A stretch of 64,000 nt of DNA from Lytechinus pictus (Eukaryota): the NCBI RefSeq assembly GCF_037042905.1, contig NC_087250.1, forward strand, positions 5,210,001 to 5,274,000, written 5' to 3'. The position numbers and the translations under genes were made by a program. Numbering within the stretch: position 1 is the first letter of the stretch; every line of letters begins with the position of its first letter. The notes below the pieces were generated by a model. The model worked only from the letters and a program-made list of their open reading frames with translations. It made no database searches and was not told where the DNA came from. Below, piece by piece: positions 12,687 through 24,603 of the stretch.

Positions 12687-13565
12687 GTAGGAGAAAGGCG
12701 GCACAAAAGAATTTTGAGTGAGAAAATGATTAAATGGAAAAAAAAAACAGAGTAAGAAATGCTGGAGAATAAAGGGGACAGGAAACGTATTAAACATAAT
12801 AAATTGGGGCCCGTTTCATCATGAGTTACAAGTATGGTAACTACGATTTAGGGATGGCAAAAGCTGTAGAGACCTCTTTACCTAATCACGACTTGATCTA
12901 CTCTTTTCATCTTCCCTTTTGGAATTAGCAAAGGCCTATAAGACGCAATACAAACAATGCTTTGTTTTTAAGTGATTATCGCTTGTGATATCGATACTTT
13001 ATATAGCGCAACATATCATCTCAGATTTGCGCTTGCTTGATTCGCTGAATCCTTCGCGTCACGAGCGCGTAACAAAATGAATACATTAATGAATTTGCCA
13101 AGTTGACCTTTGTCATTGCGCTGATGTGCGTATTGTCTAATACACGTACAAAACCACAGTTGACGAGGGAGCATCGTACGAAATTAATATTAATGAGGGC
13201 TTATTTTAGCTTCTAATGGATTAAACAAAATGGCGGTAGCTTCGGGGGCTTGGTCGAGCTAGACGCACGCACGCACTTTTTTTGCCGCTACCAAGCTTTG
13301 TTCCAGAGCCCCCAACCCCCGACTTTGGCGCGGCACATAGCTATCATGTTAGCATTCGAGTACCCCCCCCCCCCGGGCTGAGAACAGGCCATTACGGTTG
13401 ACACCAACGCTCACTCGCAGAATGAGACCGCACACACACACACACACACACAAACGTCCAACTTTGGCGATTGTCAAACTACTAAACCTTGCGTGTGTAC
13501 GATGATGTGTGTGTACATGTTAATTTAGGTGGGTTTGTGTATAAACACTACGACAAATAAATTAC

Positions 13566-13607
13566 CCCTTCTTTCTCTAGGCCTACGACCATCTCCAGCT
13601 CCAGAGT
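13566..13607 (-). CDS. Candidate 42-nt phase-1/phase-1 micro-exon (DSGAGDGRRPRERRG)
   Basis: Acceptor TTCTGTTTATTTAG| and donor AGGG|GTAATT. Open in phase 1, length divisible by 3. Confidence 0.35.
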
Positions 13608-13927
13608 CTAAATAAACAGAATGAAGAAAACAACAAAGTTTACACACCATCTACATGAACATGATGTATCACTTTAGATTTTGAATGTACAAATTAAACG
13701 CTAAAATTGTCATAAAATTACAAAAAAAATTGAAAGATATAGGCCTCTATTGTAACAAATAGGTCCATGATTGGAATAACTAATTTATACGATAAAATAC
13801 AGTACAATATAAACAGTGAGTGTTTCTGGCTGGCTCTCTCATTTGTGTATTACCAGTGTGATGCATATTTATGCAAAACAACATGTCATTATCTTATGTA
13901 ACATCATCCGATTTCGATTTCGTAATA

Positions 13928-15644
13928 CATAGGCGGATCCAAACGGGTCAAGGGGCCCGCCCCCCCCCTCCCCCCCCCCCCCCCCATTGCCGTAGAAAAA
14001 AAGAAAAGTAAAAAAAGGGATAGTAAAAAAAAGAAAAAGAATGGGAAGGAAAGGAAAGGAAAGGAGGAAAAAAAGGAATTAAAGGAAAACGAGTGAATAA
14101 AATAAGGTAAGGGGGAGACTTGAAAAAAAAGTTCAATTCACTATTATCAAGTTATAATGTGCTCGCAGTACCTGTTCGATGAGTTACATATCTTGCTCAA
14201 TAGGCTGATATAGAACATACGCTGTTTGAAGTCCATTTACAAAACACATTTCAGCTAGGACATCGAGCTTTCATTATTTTGTTTGATTTACAATTTTTTT
14301 TAAGTGCTCTGCAAAATATACGTATTATGGTGTGAATATCAACATTTTTAACCTGCGCTGTGCTCTCGCACTATTTGAATTGCCAAGTACCTTTTGTATT
14401 TGAAATATATTTGAAATATCCCTTTTCACGTGTGTGATTATCAAAACGTAGGCCTATGAGCTAGGGCTGTGCGCTCGCACTTTGATTGGTGAGTTATGTA
14501 TAACAGTTTTCAAGCCTCAATATTAACAAATTTAACCCTCTCATTAGTTTTATCACATCATTGAATAAGATAATATCATTTTCATGAATTCCTAATGACT
14601 AAATTGTCCCTTTTCAGAATGGAATATCGGCATGTTTCATCTCGCGCTTAGAAAGAAGAATAGGAAGATCATATTCATATGATGAAAAAATAGAATTTCC
14701 CTGTCCTTGGTCAAAATAATAATTAAAAAATATCAGCTTGCGCTTCACGCACGGATCATTTATTGAGTGCAATCCACATCTACTTCACAGTTTTCCTACA
14801 CAGTACTTGAAATAGGGCTTACATTGACCCTTTTCAGGTGAGAATATCAAATATTTTGTTATTCGCGCTCGCATTATTGATTTTTATGATTAAAAAATGT
14901 ATTCAAAATTCCCAGATTCTATTTAACTCTTAAAACACGCGCACGTATGTTTATTGAGATACGCAGCTTGTTCTTTATTTAAAACGTGCTTAAATTATCA
15001 AGTCACAGATCAGAATATCAAAAAGAATGTTCTGCTCGCGCTTCGCGATCGCATTATTAATGTAGGAAGATACCCATCCTTCATGATTTACAAGACGTGA
15101 ATAAAGTTTCCTGTTTTTAGGTCTGAAATACCTTTTTTCCGTTCGCGCTCGCATCAATTGTTTAGTTATATACCTATCCCGTTCATATTTTAGAAAAGGT
15201 GCTTAGAATGTCCATTTCACAGGTCGGAATGTCAAAGATTTTCAGCTCGCGCTTGCATCATTTAATTGTTGAAATATGTATCGTCTTAACCAAGTCCTTA
15301 ACAGGTCCTTTTTTCGATCAGGTCATAATGCATTTTAAAAATTTCTGCTCCGGCTTCGCGCCCGCAGTAATCTGTACTGACATACGCATCATGGTTAGGA
15401 TCACAACATCGCCTAAAATGTACAATTATCAGGACAAAATGCATGACTTTTTAAAAAAGTTTTAGCTCGCGCATCTCGCTCGCACTTTTAAAATAGGGCT
15501 TATGAGATTATTTCACAAATATGTTGCTTCATAAGAATAAAGCTAAGTAGTGACTGTTAGGACTACCCTTTCAAAGAAACAAACAAAAAATCATCTTTGA
15601 GCGGCCGATCGGGGATTAAATGGCGGAAACTGGATCCGCCCCTG
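13928..15644. mobile_element. Non-autonomous TIR element (CATAGGCGGATCC...GGATCCGCCCCTG) with GCGC(T)TCGC-motif repeats
   Basis: Inverted termini, flanks GTAATA/GTTATA, and internal sequence shared with 20069-22053. Confidence 0.7.
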
Positions 15645-16243
15645 GTTATACCTGTTTGAGCATCTCTATGAATTTCAATCCACTCTCTTCCGAGATGATT
15701 TGACCTTTAAGTTAGTACCTGTTATATTGTATACAAAATTTAGGTTTATTTTGTGTGGGATGTGTTTAGGTGTATAAAAGTGAGAATAGCCTACATATAT
15801 GTGAATGAGACAAATAGTGTGTGGGTGCGCGAGAGAGTGTGAAATATGGAAAAAATAAAATAGTCTTTGTCTACGTCTAAGCCTGTCTACAGACTCTAAA
15901 CTATCCAATTTATCACACCCTAACCCCCCCCCCAAAAAAAAAAAAAGAATAAACAAAATAAATAAAATGGAATAAGTTTAAAAGATAAGAAAATAACGAT
16001 AATGATGAAGATAAATTAATAAATAATTAATAAGGAACAAAAAAAAAAAAATATTCTTTCGCGTATAATTCACTTCCGCGCCAATACCTAATATAACAGT
16101 ACGACCAGACAATATCGGGTAGGCCTACTAATATACACTGCACCATATTATTTCACAATAGATGCTTACGAAAATTACCATTTGACATTTTTCACAAACC
16201 AGAATGTAGAATGTTTGAATATAACGATGTTATGTGTACTGAC

Positions 16244-16417
16244 CCTCTGGCATGGTGGGAGTAGATTTTTGGGCACCGGAAGACAGACTCGTATCAGATT
16301 CAGTTGCATCTTTAGGAGCTGAATTGTCGGGAAAGGAAAATGGTGTGTCTTCTGTGGTAACTGGTCCCGTACCTGGTTCTGGTGACTTTAACTTTGGTGC
16401 TGGAGGATGGTGTTCTC
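16244..16417 (-). CDS. Candidate 174-nt phase-1/phase-1 exon encoding a Pro/Ser/Thr-rich linker (GEHHPPAPKLKSPEPG...STPTMPE)
   Basis: Acceptor CTTCCTCCAG| and donor GAGG|GTCAGT. Open frame with higher GC than the flanks, and its phase matches the NACHT exon donor. Confidence 0.6.
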
Positions 16418-17488
16418 CTGGAGGAAGTACACACACAGAGACACACGAACAAAACTGTTAGTAGATTATGTACGCTTTTCTTTCTTCTTCTTGCAGCGTT
16501 TTGAGGACACAATGCAAATTATCAACCTGCAAGGCATGGCATAATCGGACGTTCTTGAGGGTGTACCTCAAGGCACCGTCAGCACACCCTTCCTCTTTCT
16601 GGTATAGGCCACACTTTCAAAGAATGCACATTCCGAATAAATGTAACTTAATTCCAGATAAATCACACGTAAAATCTATAACAATATCAACGGTAATGAC
16701 ATTAGTATTTCGCTAAGTACACTACAGTGTGCCTAATCTATTAAGCATAGACCAACTCTTAAGTGATAGGGACATGCGTCTACAAGACGCCTGGCTAGCT
16801 CATAATCGACGATAGATCTGGAAAGTATTTTTACTTATTACAAAATAATCTTTTTAGGTTCCCTGTTATTCTTATTTCTGATTAATCATAAATTTAGCAT
16901 TAGCCACCCATCCCCTCGACCACAACATTTACAGGCCGCATGGGTTTATTTCCAATTGATCTCATGCCAATTCGTTCAATTATCAACTCGTCTACTATCA
17001 TTTGGTTTACCATCATTTCGTCCATTATCCACATGGTTTATTTGCCATTTGTCCACTCACCATTATTATATGACATTGACTACTTTAGAATTTCCAAGTT
17101 GAGTGAACAGAAAACATAATAGGTCAATATAGCTGTATGTACTAAACTTCAGTGGCGACCGCACAGAAGCGTTGTTAGCTTAACAGAACGCCAACAGTAG
17201 GGCCAGTCACACCTTTCACGGGAGACCACCGCTAGACGCATTGTTTTCACTAAAAGAGCACTAAAAGAAGGCCTACCGGTATCGATAAACTCACAGAAGC
17301 TTAGCCGAATTCCTAATAATCTAACAATAAAAGGCTTAGCAGAAGCTAACAGTGGCGCTAATGTTAATACAAATCACTAACAGGGCCAAGGGAACCAATA
17401 GTGACGATGTTAGTGAATAACTTCTCTCTTTAAAACGTGTCTCCCTTTCTTATACCAAGTAATTAAAAATATACCTCGACCGAATTAA

Positions 17489-17934
17489 AGGGGTATTCTG
17501 GGCCCAAAAATATATGAAAAAATTGAGTAAAATTAGATGAGCAAATTGGTGAAAATTTCATCAAAATCTTTAAAAAAATTACAAAATTCTTGAATATTAG
17601 AAATTAAACACTTTTTTTGCAACTGATATTACTGAGCAGCATGTGTCCATGAATATGCAATAAATGGAACGATAATGCCATATCCTCTAGCTCTTTCCCC
17701 TTTTTCCTGATTTTATTGAAATGAACTCATAATTGTCTCAAATGTGTATGTCGCCCGAGTAACAAAATGATGATCTTTGAAGCAATATTCTGTGTGGACA
17801 AAATTTAAATAAACCGATTTTTTAATGATACAACAGACCCTCATTGCATTCCAATTTTTATCAATTTGTCAGTGTTTTGTTTGTCTCACTTTACTGTTCA
17901 AATCGTATTATTTTCTTCAGCCTGGAGTACCCCT
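17489..17934. mobile_element. Kolobok-like MITE (decayed)
   Basis: TTAA|AGGGGTATTCTGGG ... CCTGGAGTACCCCT|TTAG. Confidence 0.7.
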
Positions 17935-18654
17935 TTAGGAATATATATATAGGTATATAGCGGGGGATGCTGATTAGTGCCAAGATATATGATCCTTTTC
18001 AAAGATTTTTTTTCTTCCAAGATATATCATTTATTTAGGTGTTTGAAGACATTTTTACGAATAGACCCTACATTAGAAAGAAGAACAATAGCTGATGAAG
18101 TTTATCGCATGATAACCATCATTGGCAAATACTCTATCATGGGCATGATGAGTGAAGTCTGTGAAGAGCATTATTAAACAAAAGAAACTGATGAAAGATT
18201 GGATTGCATTTTTTTTGTACAGAATCTCCATCGTAATATCATGATAGGCTAATTTTTTAAATCTTTTTGAACCTTATTCGATATTTTTTAAATTAAATTA
18301 TATATATTTACTACCTGCTGCCATTTCATGTTTAAAATGTAATAATAATTCAATTTTGTAGGCATATATGATAAGGGGACATCCCGATAGACCGCGGGTC
18401 CGATAGACCGCGGGTCCGTTAGACCGCGGGTCCGATAGACCGCGGGTCCGATAGACCGCGGGTCCGATAGTCCGCGGGTCCGATAGACCGCGGGTCCGAT
18501 AGTCCGCAGTGTGTGTAAAATTATGATCAGATATATCAAATGTCATCGAGAGGTCCAAAGGTCAAATGATACGAGGCCATGGGGTTCTATCAGGTGCGGA
18601 TCCATGGAGGGCCGAGGGGGGACTGCCTCACCCCCCCCCCACCCCCAGCTCCCA

Positions 18655-19358
18655 AAAAAAGAGGGGGGAAGAGGGGAAAAGGGAGAGAATAAAAAAAAAG
18701 AGGAAGATGGGAAAAGAAGAGAATAGAAAAGAGGGTAAGAAGGAGAAAGGAAGAGAAGAAAAAGGGGAAAGGAAAGACAAAGAAAAAAGGGAGAAGAAAA
18801 GGGGAAAGAAGAGGGAAAAAAGAGGAGGGAAAAGGAAGAGAAGAAAAGAAAGGAGAAAGGAAAAGGAGGAAAAAGAAGAAAAAAAAGAGGAACGAAGAGA
18901 AGAATATCTAAATAGAGAGGAAGATGGGAAGAAAGATAAGAAAAAAGAGAGAGAGAGGAAGAGGGGAAGAAGAGAAGAAAGAGAGAGAGGGAGGAAGGGG
19001 AGAGAGAGAAGAAAAAATATTAAAAGAGAAAAAAGGGAGAAGGAAGAAAAAGAAAAAGGGAGAAGTTAAGGGGAAAAGAAAAAAAAAGTGGAAGAGGGAA
19101 AAGAAAAGAACGGAGTAAGGAAAAAGGGAAAAGAAGAAGAAAAAAGAGCGAGAGTAAGTGGGAAGAGAGGAAAAACGAGAAAAGAGGGAAAGAAAAGACA
19201 GCAAAAAGAGAAGAAAAGGGGGAAGATGGGGGAAAGAGAAGAAAGGGGGGAAAAGAAGAGGGGGAAAGAAAGAGAGAAAGAAAGAGAAAGGAAGGAAGGG
19301 GAATGAGGATAAAAGAAAGAAAAAAGAAAGAAAAGGAGATGGGAAACGGAAGAGGGAG
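18655..19358 (+). repeat. Near-pure polypurine (GA-rich) low-complexity tract
   Basis: About 700 bp almost exclusively A/G. It is the source of spurious K/E/R-rich and F/L/S-rich ORFs. Confidence 0.9.
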
Positions 19359-19368
19359 ATGTTGACCT

Positions 19369-19527
19369 GGGGAGTGTTTCATCAACATTTTCATCCGACA
19401 AGTTTTCAGATCTGACATCTTTCTCTGATGTTGATTGGCTGAGAGGTACTGTTACTATGGTAACTGTCGGATGAAATGGGACTTGTCGGATAAAACGTCC
19501 GACAAGTCCTTTCATGAAACGCCCCCC
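19369..19527. mobile_element. Short Harbinger-like MITE flanked by CTG
   Basis: CCTG|GGGAGTGTTTCAT ... ATGAAACGCCCC|CTGG. Confidence 0.55.
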
Positions 19528-20068
19528 TGGACGTCGATTTGATGGCGCCAAAATGACGTTCGAACTATGGGGCGCCGAATTGATGTTCGATCTAGCGGGG
19601 CACCAAATTGATGTTCGAACTAGAGGAGCGCTAATTTGAATTTTGACCATAATGCGACAAATACATGTTTCAGAGAGGGGAGGGAGGGCAAAGTTATATT
19701 TCACATGATGGGGGTGCCAAGTTTATGTTCAACCGAGGGCGCCAAATTGACCTTAAACTTAGAGGGCTTCATGCAAATTCATTTTCGACCGGGGACGCAA
19801 CATTGCCTGTTTATAGTAAAATATATGTCCTGCCAAAAAACTTCAATTAATGCGGCTGAATTAAAATATCCCGTTCTTACGATAACAGAAAAAAAAATGT
19901 TTTCGAGTTTTAAGTCTGTTTAGCGAGATAGATACCCTGTTCAGGGTCACAAAAAAGGGTTATTGTCAAATTCAGCTCGCGCTACGCGCTCGCAATATTT
20001 GATTAATGAGGTATGCATCCTCTGCTTCAATCCCACATGTAAGTGTTAGTGTTTTTCAAGTCAACATA

Positions 20069-22053
20069 CATAGGTCGATCCAGGGGGCAAAGATTTTGCC
20101 CCCCCCCCCCATGGTGGCACAAAAAGGGGTAAGAAACAGAAAAAAGGAAGAGAAAAGGACAAGCAATTAGAATAGGAATTATACCTTAGTCCTTCTTAAG
20201 TCAGTATATAAATACAGCTCAATAGGCTGATATGTAGTTTAAAATATCAAGTTTTGATATCAATATACAAAACATAATTCAGCTCGGACATCGATCTTTC
20301 ATTATTTTGTTTTATTTACCAATTTATGTTTTAAGTGCTCTGGAAAATGTCCGTTTTATGGTTTGAATCAACATTTGCAACATTTTGTGCGCTCGCACTA
20401 TATGCCAAGTAGGCCTATGTATTGTCTTTTTATATTTCATATAAGATTCTCTAAATATACCTTTTCAGGTGTCTCGATTATAAAAAAAATAATAATAAAG
20501 GCCTATGAGCTAGCGCTGTGCGCTCGCGTTTTGATTGGTGAGTTATGTATACCTATATATTAATTTTATAACAAACTACTTAAATCCCCCCATTAAAAGA
20601 AAAATCCGGATCGCGATTTGCGCTCGTATTATCTGCTAAAAATATATCAACCAATGAATCCTATTCATGATTACAAAAATACTTAAAATATCCAGTTTTC
20701 AGGCCTCATGCACTGTCAACAAATTTCACACACTCATTAGGCTTAACAGATTAATAAATATGAAATAAAATTTGTATAAATTCATTATAACTAAATTGTC
20801 CCTTTTTCAGAAATAAATTTTTAGGAAAACAAAGAGAAGATAGTCATCATTCTTATATGATGACAAAATGTCCTTAGGCCTAAAATGTCTCGACCCTAGG
20901 TCAAATAAATAATAAAATATCAGCTCGCGCTTCGCGCTCGCATTATTTATATAGTGCTATCAAATTTCCCTATATACACAGTGCTGTAAACAGTGCTTAA
21001 ATTGACCCTTTTCATATCGGAATTTCAAATATTATTTTCAGCTCGGGCTCTGCGCTCGCATTATTGATTTTTATGATGAAAAATGAAATGTATTCAGATT
21101 GCCAGGATTCTGTCTAACTCTAAAACACGCGCACGCATGTTTTTAGGATACAAAGCTTGATCTTATTCAAAACGTGCTAAAATTATCCAGTTTCGAATCA
21201 GAATATCAAAAAAAATTTGCTCGCGCTTTGCGCTCGCATTATTATTGTAGGAAGATACCAAAAATTACCCATCCTTTTTCATGATTGACAAACATGAATC
21301 GAATGTCCCATTGGGGGATTTGAAATCTCATCTTTTTAGGTTGGAATATCAAAACTGTTCAGCTTGCGCTTCGCGCTCGCATTATTTAATCGTTGAAATA
21401 TGTATCGTCTTAATGGCTAACTGCAAAACATCCTTAACATGTCCCTTTTCGACCAGGCCAGAACGAATATTTAACATTTCTGCTCGGCTTCGCGCTCGTG
21501 GTAATTATCTAGTTATATACGCTGTTCAGGTTCACAAACATTGCCCAAAATGTTCAATTTTCAGGACAAAATACATGAAATTTCATTTTTAGATTACGTA
21601 GGGCTTAAGAGATTATTACACATTTATGTTGCTTATAAAGTAAAGCTAGGAAATGACTGTTAGGACATGGGTGTTTTGCCCCCCCCCCAAAAAAAAAAAA
21701 AAAAGAAGAAGAAGAAGAGAGAATCAAGACTAAGAAAAAATAGAGAGAAAAGGAAAGGGATAAGGATGAAATATAATATTATTTTCCAAATATTATGTCA
21801 AAATCTATCACAACCTTGTATTTTTGTAATAAAAATGTCAGCATATTTGCTTGCTCGCTTCGCTCACTGGCAACTTCTTATTAATTTTATGCGATACACC
21901 ATATCGAGCCCCCTCGAAATTGTTGGCTCATTACGGCACTGGGACAACCCCTTCAAAGAAACCAAAAAAAATCAACTTTGAGCGGCCGATCGGGGAAAAT
22001 ATGGGTGAAAAAATGGCCCCTCCCCCTAATGGCGGAAGCTGGGTCCGCACCTG
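20069..22053. mobile_element. Second copy of the 13928-15644 family, nested in the hAT-like element
   Basis: CATAGGTCGATCC ... GGGTCCGCACCTG termini and shared internal blocks (GCTCAATAGGCTGATA, AAAACACGCGCACG, TTTGAGCGGCCGATCGGGGA). Confidence 0.65.
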
Positions 22054-22945
22054 ACTTAGGCTTTCAGGATATAATACATGATAAATCTATTTTAAAAAAT
22101 CAGATCGCGCTTCGCGTTCTCATTATTTATTTAGGCCTTGTGAGATTTGTTTTTAAGAATGAAATATCAGATTTTCTTTGACGTCTACCCCCCCCATTTC
22201 ATTTATTTTTTTTTTAACTTGGTGCCCTCGCCACCCATCCCCCCCCGTGCACCCATGCTGAATAAATACGCCACTGATGAGGAGAATTAGTCGATTGCTT
22301 CGAGATTGCATTATTCCCAAGAGGTTATCATTAATATTATTGAAGGGTATTCTAACACAACAGTACAGAAACTACAGCTCCCATTCACAGAATATTCTAG
22401 TAGGGCCTACTCTGGTAAGAAGTTAAACCAAATTGAACCCCCCCCCCCAAAAAAAAAAAAAAAAAAAAAAAAATCGCTCGTGCTTTGCGCTCCCATTGAT
22501 ATTACATTATATATTCATGGATTTTTTTTTTCAAGAACACATGAAAAAGTGGTCTTTTGTTTTTTTTAAATGTGATTATAAGATAATTCAAAATCCATTT
22601 AAGGCACTTTAGTTAGCATGGCCGGGAGGGAGTGGGCGCCATTTTTCGAAAAGTACACATATGGGCGCCAAAAATCAGGTCAAATTTCCCCCCCCCCCTC
22701 CCCACGAAATCCTGGATCCGCGCCTGGGTTCTATAACAATAACCCAATTAGGGCAATCACCCCCTGACAACTACTTCAAGGAAAATATTATCCCCATATT
22801 TTTACCGGCGGGGACTGATACCCCCCCCCCGGAAATTTACCCTCCAGATAATTACCCCGGATAATTACCCCTAGTATGGAGCCTTGAAAATGCTATTAAC
22901 GTGACGACATGGCGTGGTACTTTATCTTGCCATGTCTTAATTAAT

Positions 22946-23263
22946 CATTGGCGGCGGAAGGCAAAAAAATTTAGGGGGGTCCACCTGAAATTTTGGGATG
23001 GACACAGGTAAAAAAATTGACAAGCAAATCAACCAAAATTTGTAGGAAGGACCACCAATTTTGAAAATATTTTGACAAGAAAAAAGGTTATAAACCAAAA
23101 TTAGGGGGACAAAAAGATTTTAGGGGGGGTCCACCTCAATTTAGGGGGGACGTAGAAAACAAATTGACAAGCAAAAAAAAGGTTCTCAACTAAAAATCTA
23201 GGGGGGACCGTCCCCCACCTCAAATTTAGGAGGAAAGGTCCCCCCCCGCTTCCGCCGCCTAAG
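22946..23263. mobile_element. hAT-like MITE (8-bp TSD TAATTAAT)
   Basis: TAATTAAT|CATTGGCGGCGGAAG ... CTTCCGCCGCCTAAG|TAATTAAT. Confidence 0.8.
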
Positions 23264-24020
23264 TAATTAATACGCTTATTATTTTGACATAGCGATATAT
23301 TCTATCTTGTCAGGTCGATATGTCCACATGGCGAGATATGAAGTGTACAAGCCCCGGCGAGAATCCCGATATATCGCTATGTTGACATGTAACTTATTTA
23401 AGTCGACTTGGCAAGATAAAATATCTCGCCATGTCGTCAAGTCGATGGCTCCGTATGGCGTCTAGAGGGTAAATTTCCGGGGGGGGGGGGGGTAACAGTC
23501 CCTGACGATAAAATATGGGGATAATATTTTCCTTGAAGTAGATGTCAGGGGGTGATTGTCCTTTGGGTCATCGTTATAGAACCCCAATGGACTCGTATCA
23601 TTGGCCTTTTGACCTCTTGATGGCATTGGATCTCACTATATCCTGACCATAATTTTACACACACCGCGGGCTATCGGACCCGCGGTCTATCGGACCCGCG
23701 GACTATCGGACCCGCGGTCTATCGGACCCGCGGACTATCGAACCCGCGGTCTATCGGACCCGCGGGCTATCGGACCCGCGGTCTATCGGACCCGCGGTCT
23801 ATCGGGCTGTAACCATATGATAATGAATTACATTCCTTTACCCTTTCCTAGACAAGATTTTAAACTTGTAGGATGTGCAAATAATTATAACTAAATCTAA
23901 GTTAAATCTAGATCACTACGCACAAATTATAGATTTTGCCTCACTCTAATCCCCTAATAACAGCTTTCTGTGCCTTCTGCGCGGTAATTCTACCCATGTT
24001 GTTAGGAGTTGATTTGTTAA

Positions 24021-24603
24021 AGGAGAATGAAACTCTTGAAACTAGCTGAATCCATATCAAAGAGAAAAATCTAAGAAACATATTGTTGAAAGTTTGAGGA
24101 AGATTGAATGAATAATAAGAAAGTTATGAGCATTTGAATATTGAGATCACTAGTGCCATGTAGATCCTCCCATCGGCAATGCGACCAAGATCTGTGATAT
24201 CACACACGTACAACTCCCTCATTACTTTAGTACTTATTTCACTTATATTCTCACTTTTATAGAGTCTTTCACAAGGTTAGGTGTTTTCTTTATGAGATGA
24301 CAAGTACAGAGGTTTCACAACATTATATCATTGATGAATCGTTTGTCATATGATTAGAATGAGCAAAAAGAGATGTTTTGGGGTATATTTTCAGTGTCCG
24401 AATGGGAGAGTTGTACGTGTGTGACATCACAGATCTTGGTCGCATTGCCAATGGGAGGATCTCCATAGCATTAGTGATCTCGACATTCAAATGCTCATAA
24501 CTCTTTTATTGCTAGTCCTATTTTACTCAAAGTTTTGTTGATCTTATTCTTAGATTTTTCTGCTTTCACAAAAGCTAACTTGCTCCAAGAGTTTCATTCT
24601 CCT
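24021..24603. mobile_element. Kolobok-like MITE with TTAA TSD
   Basis: TTAA|AGGAGAATGAAACTCTTG ... CAAGAGTTTCATTCTCCT|TTAA with long inverted arms. Confidence 0.85.

Larger units (their letters stand above)
18591..22726. mobile_element. hAT-like non-autonomous element (8-bp TSD) inside the left arm of the foldback
   Basis: GGTTCTAT|CAGGTGCGGATCCA ... TGGATCCGCGCCTG|GGTTCTAT. Confidence 0.85.
18375..23814. mobile_element. Mutator/foldback-like element with 9-bp TSD and 16-bp subterminal arrays
   Basis: ATATGATAA at 18366-18374 and 23815-23823, GG...CC termini, (CGATAGACCGCGGGTC)n at the left and its reverse complement at the right. The inverted arms continue several hundred bp inward. Confidence 0.85.

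Noticed and set aside
12881..12934. 54-nt exon-like segment on the minus strand (TTATAG|...ATTAG|GTAAAG)
   Set aside because: Open only in phase 2, which does not fit the neighbouring phase-1 candidates, and it has no recognisable homology.
15652..15718. Exon-like segment on the minus strand (AACAG|...AAACAG|GTATAA)
   Set aside because: Stops in all three frames. Not called, though it could be a terminal exon that would argue against the kinase fusion.
16473..16598. Possible extra minus-strand exon (KEEGCADGALRYTLKNVRL...EEERK)
   Set aside because: Weak donor, implausibly short following intron, and phases that do not match flanking exons.
18288..18558. ORFs with repeated YRTRGLSDPRSIGPAV and a CRISPR-like look
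   Set aside because: These are translations of a spacerless 16-bp tandem array in a transposon TIR. The context is eukaryotic and no cas genes are present.
18511..19704. Long K/E/R-rich and F/L/S-rich ORFs
   Set aside because: Artefacts of a polypurine tract that lacks stop codons.
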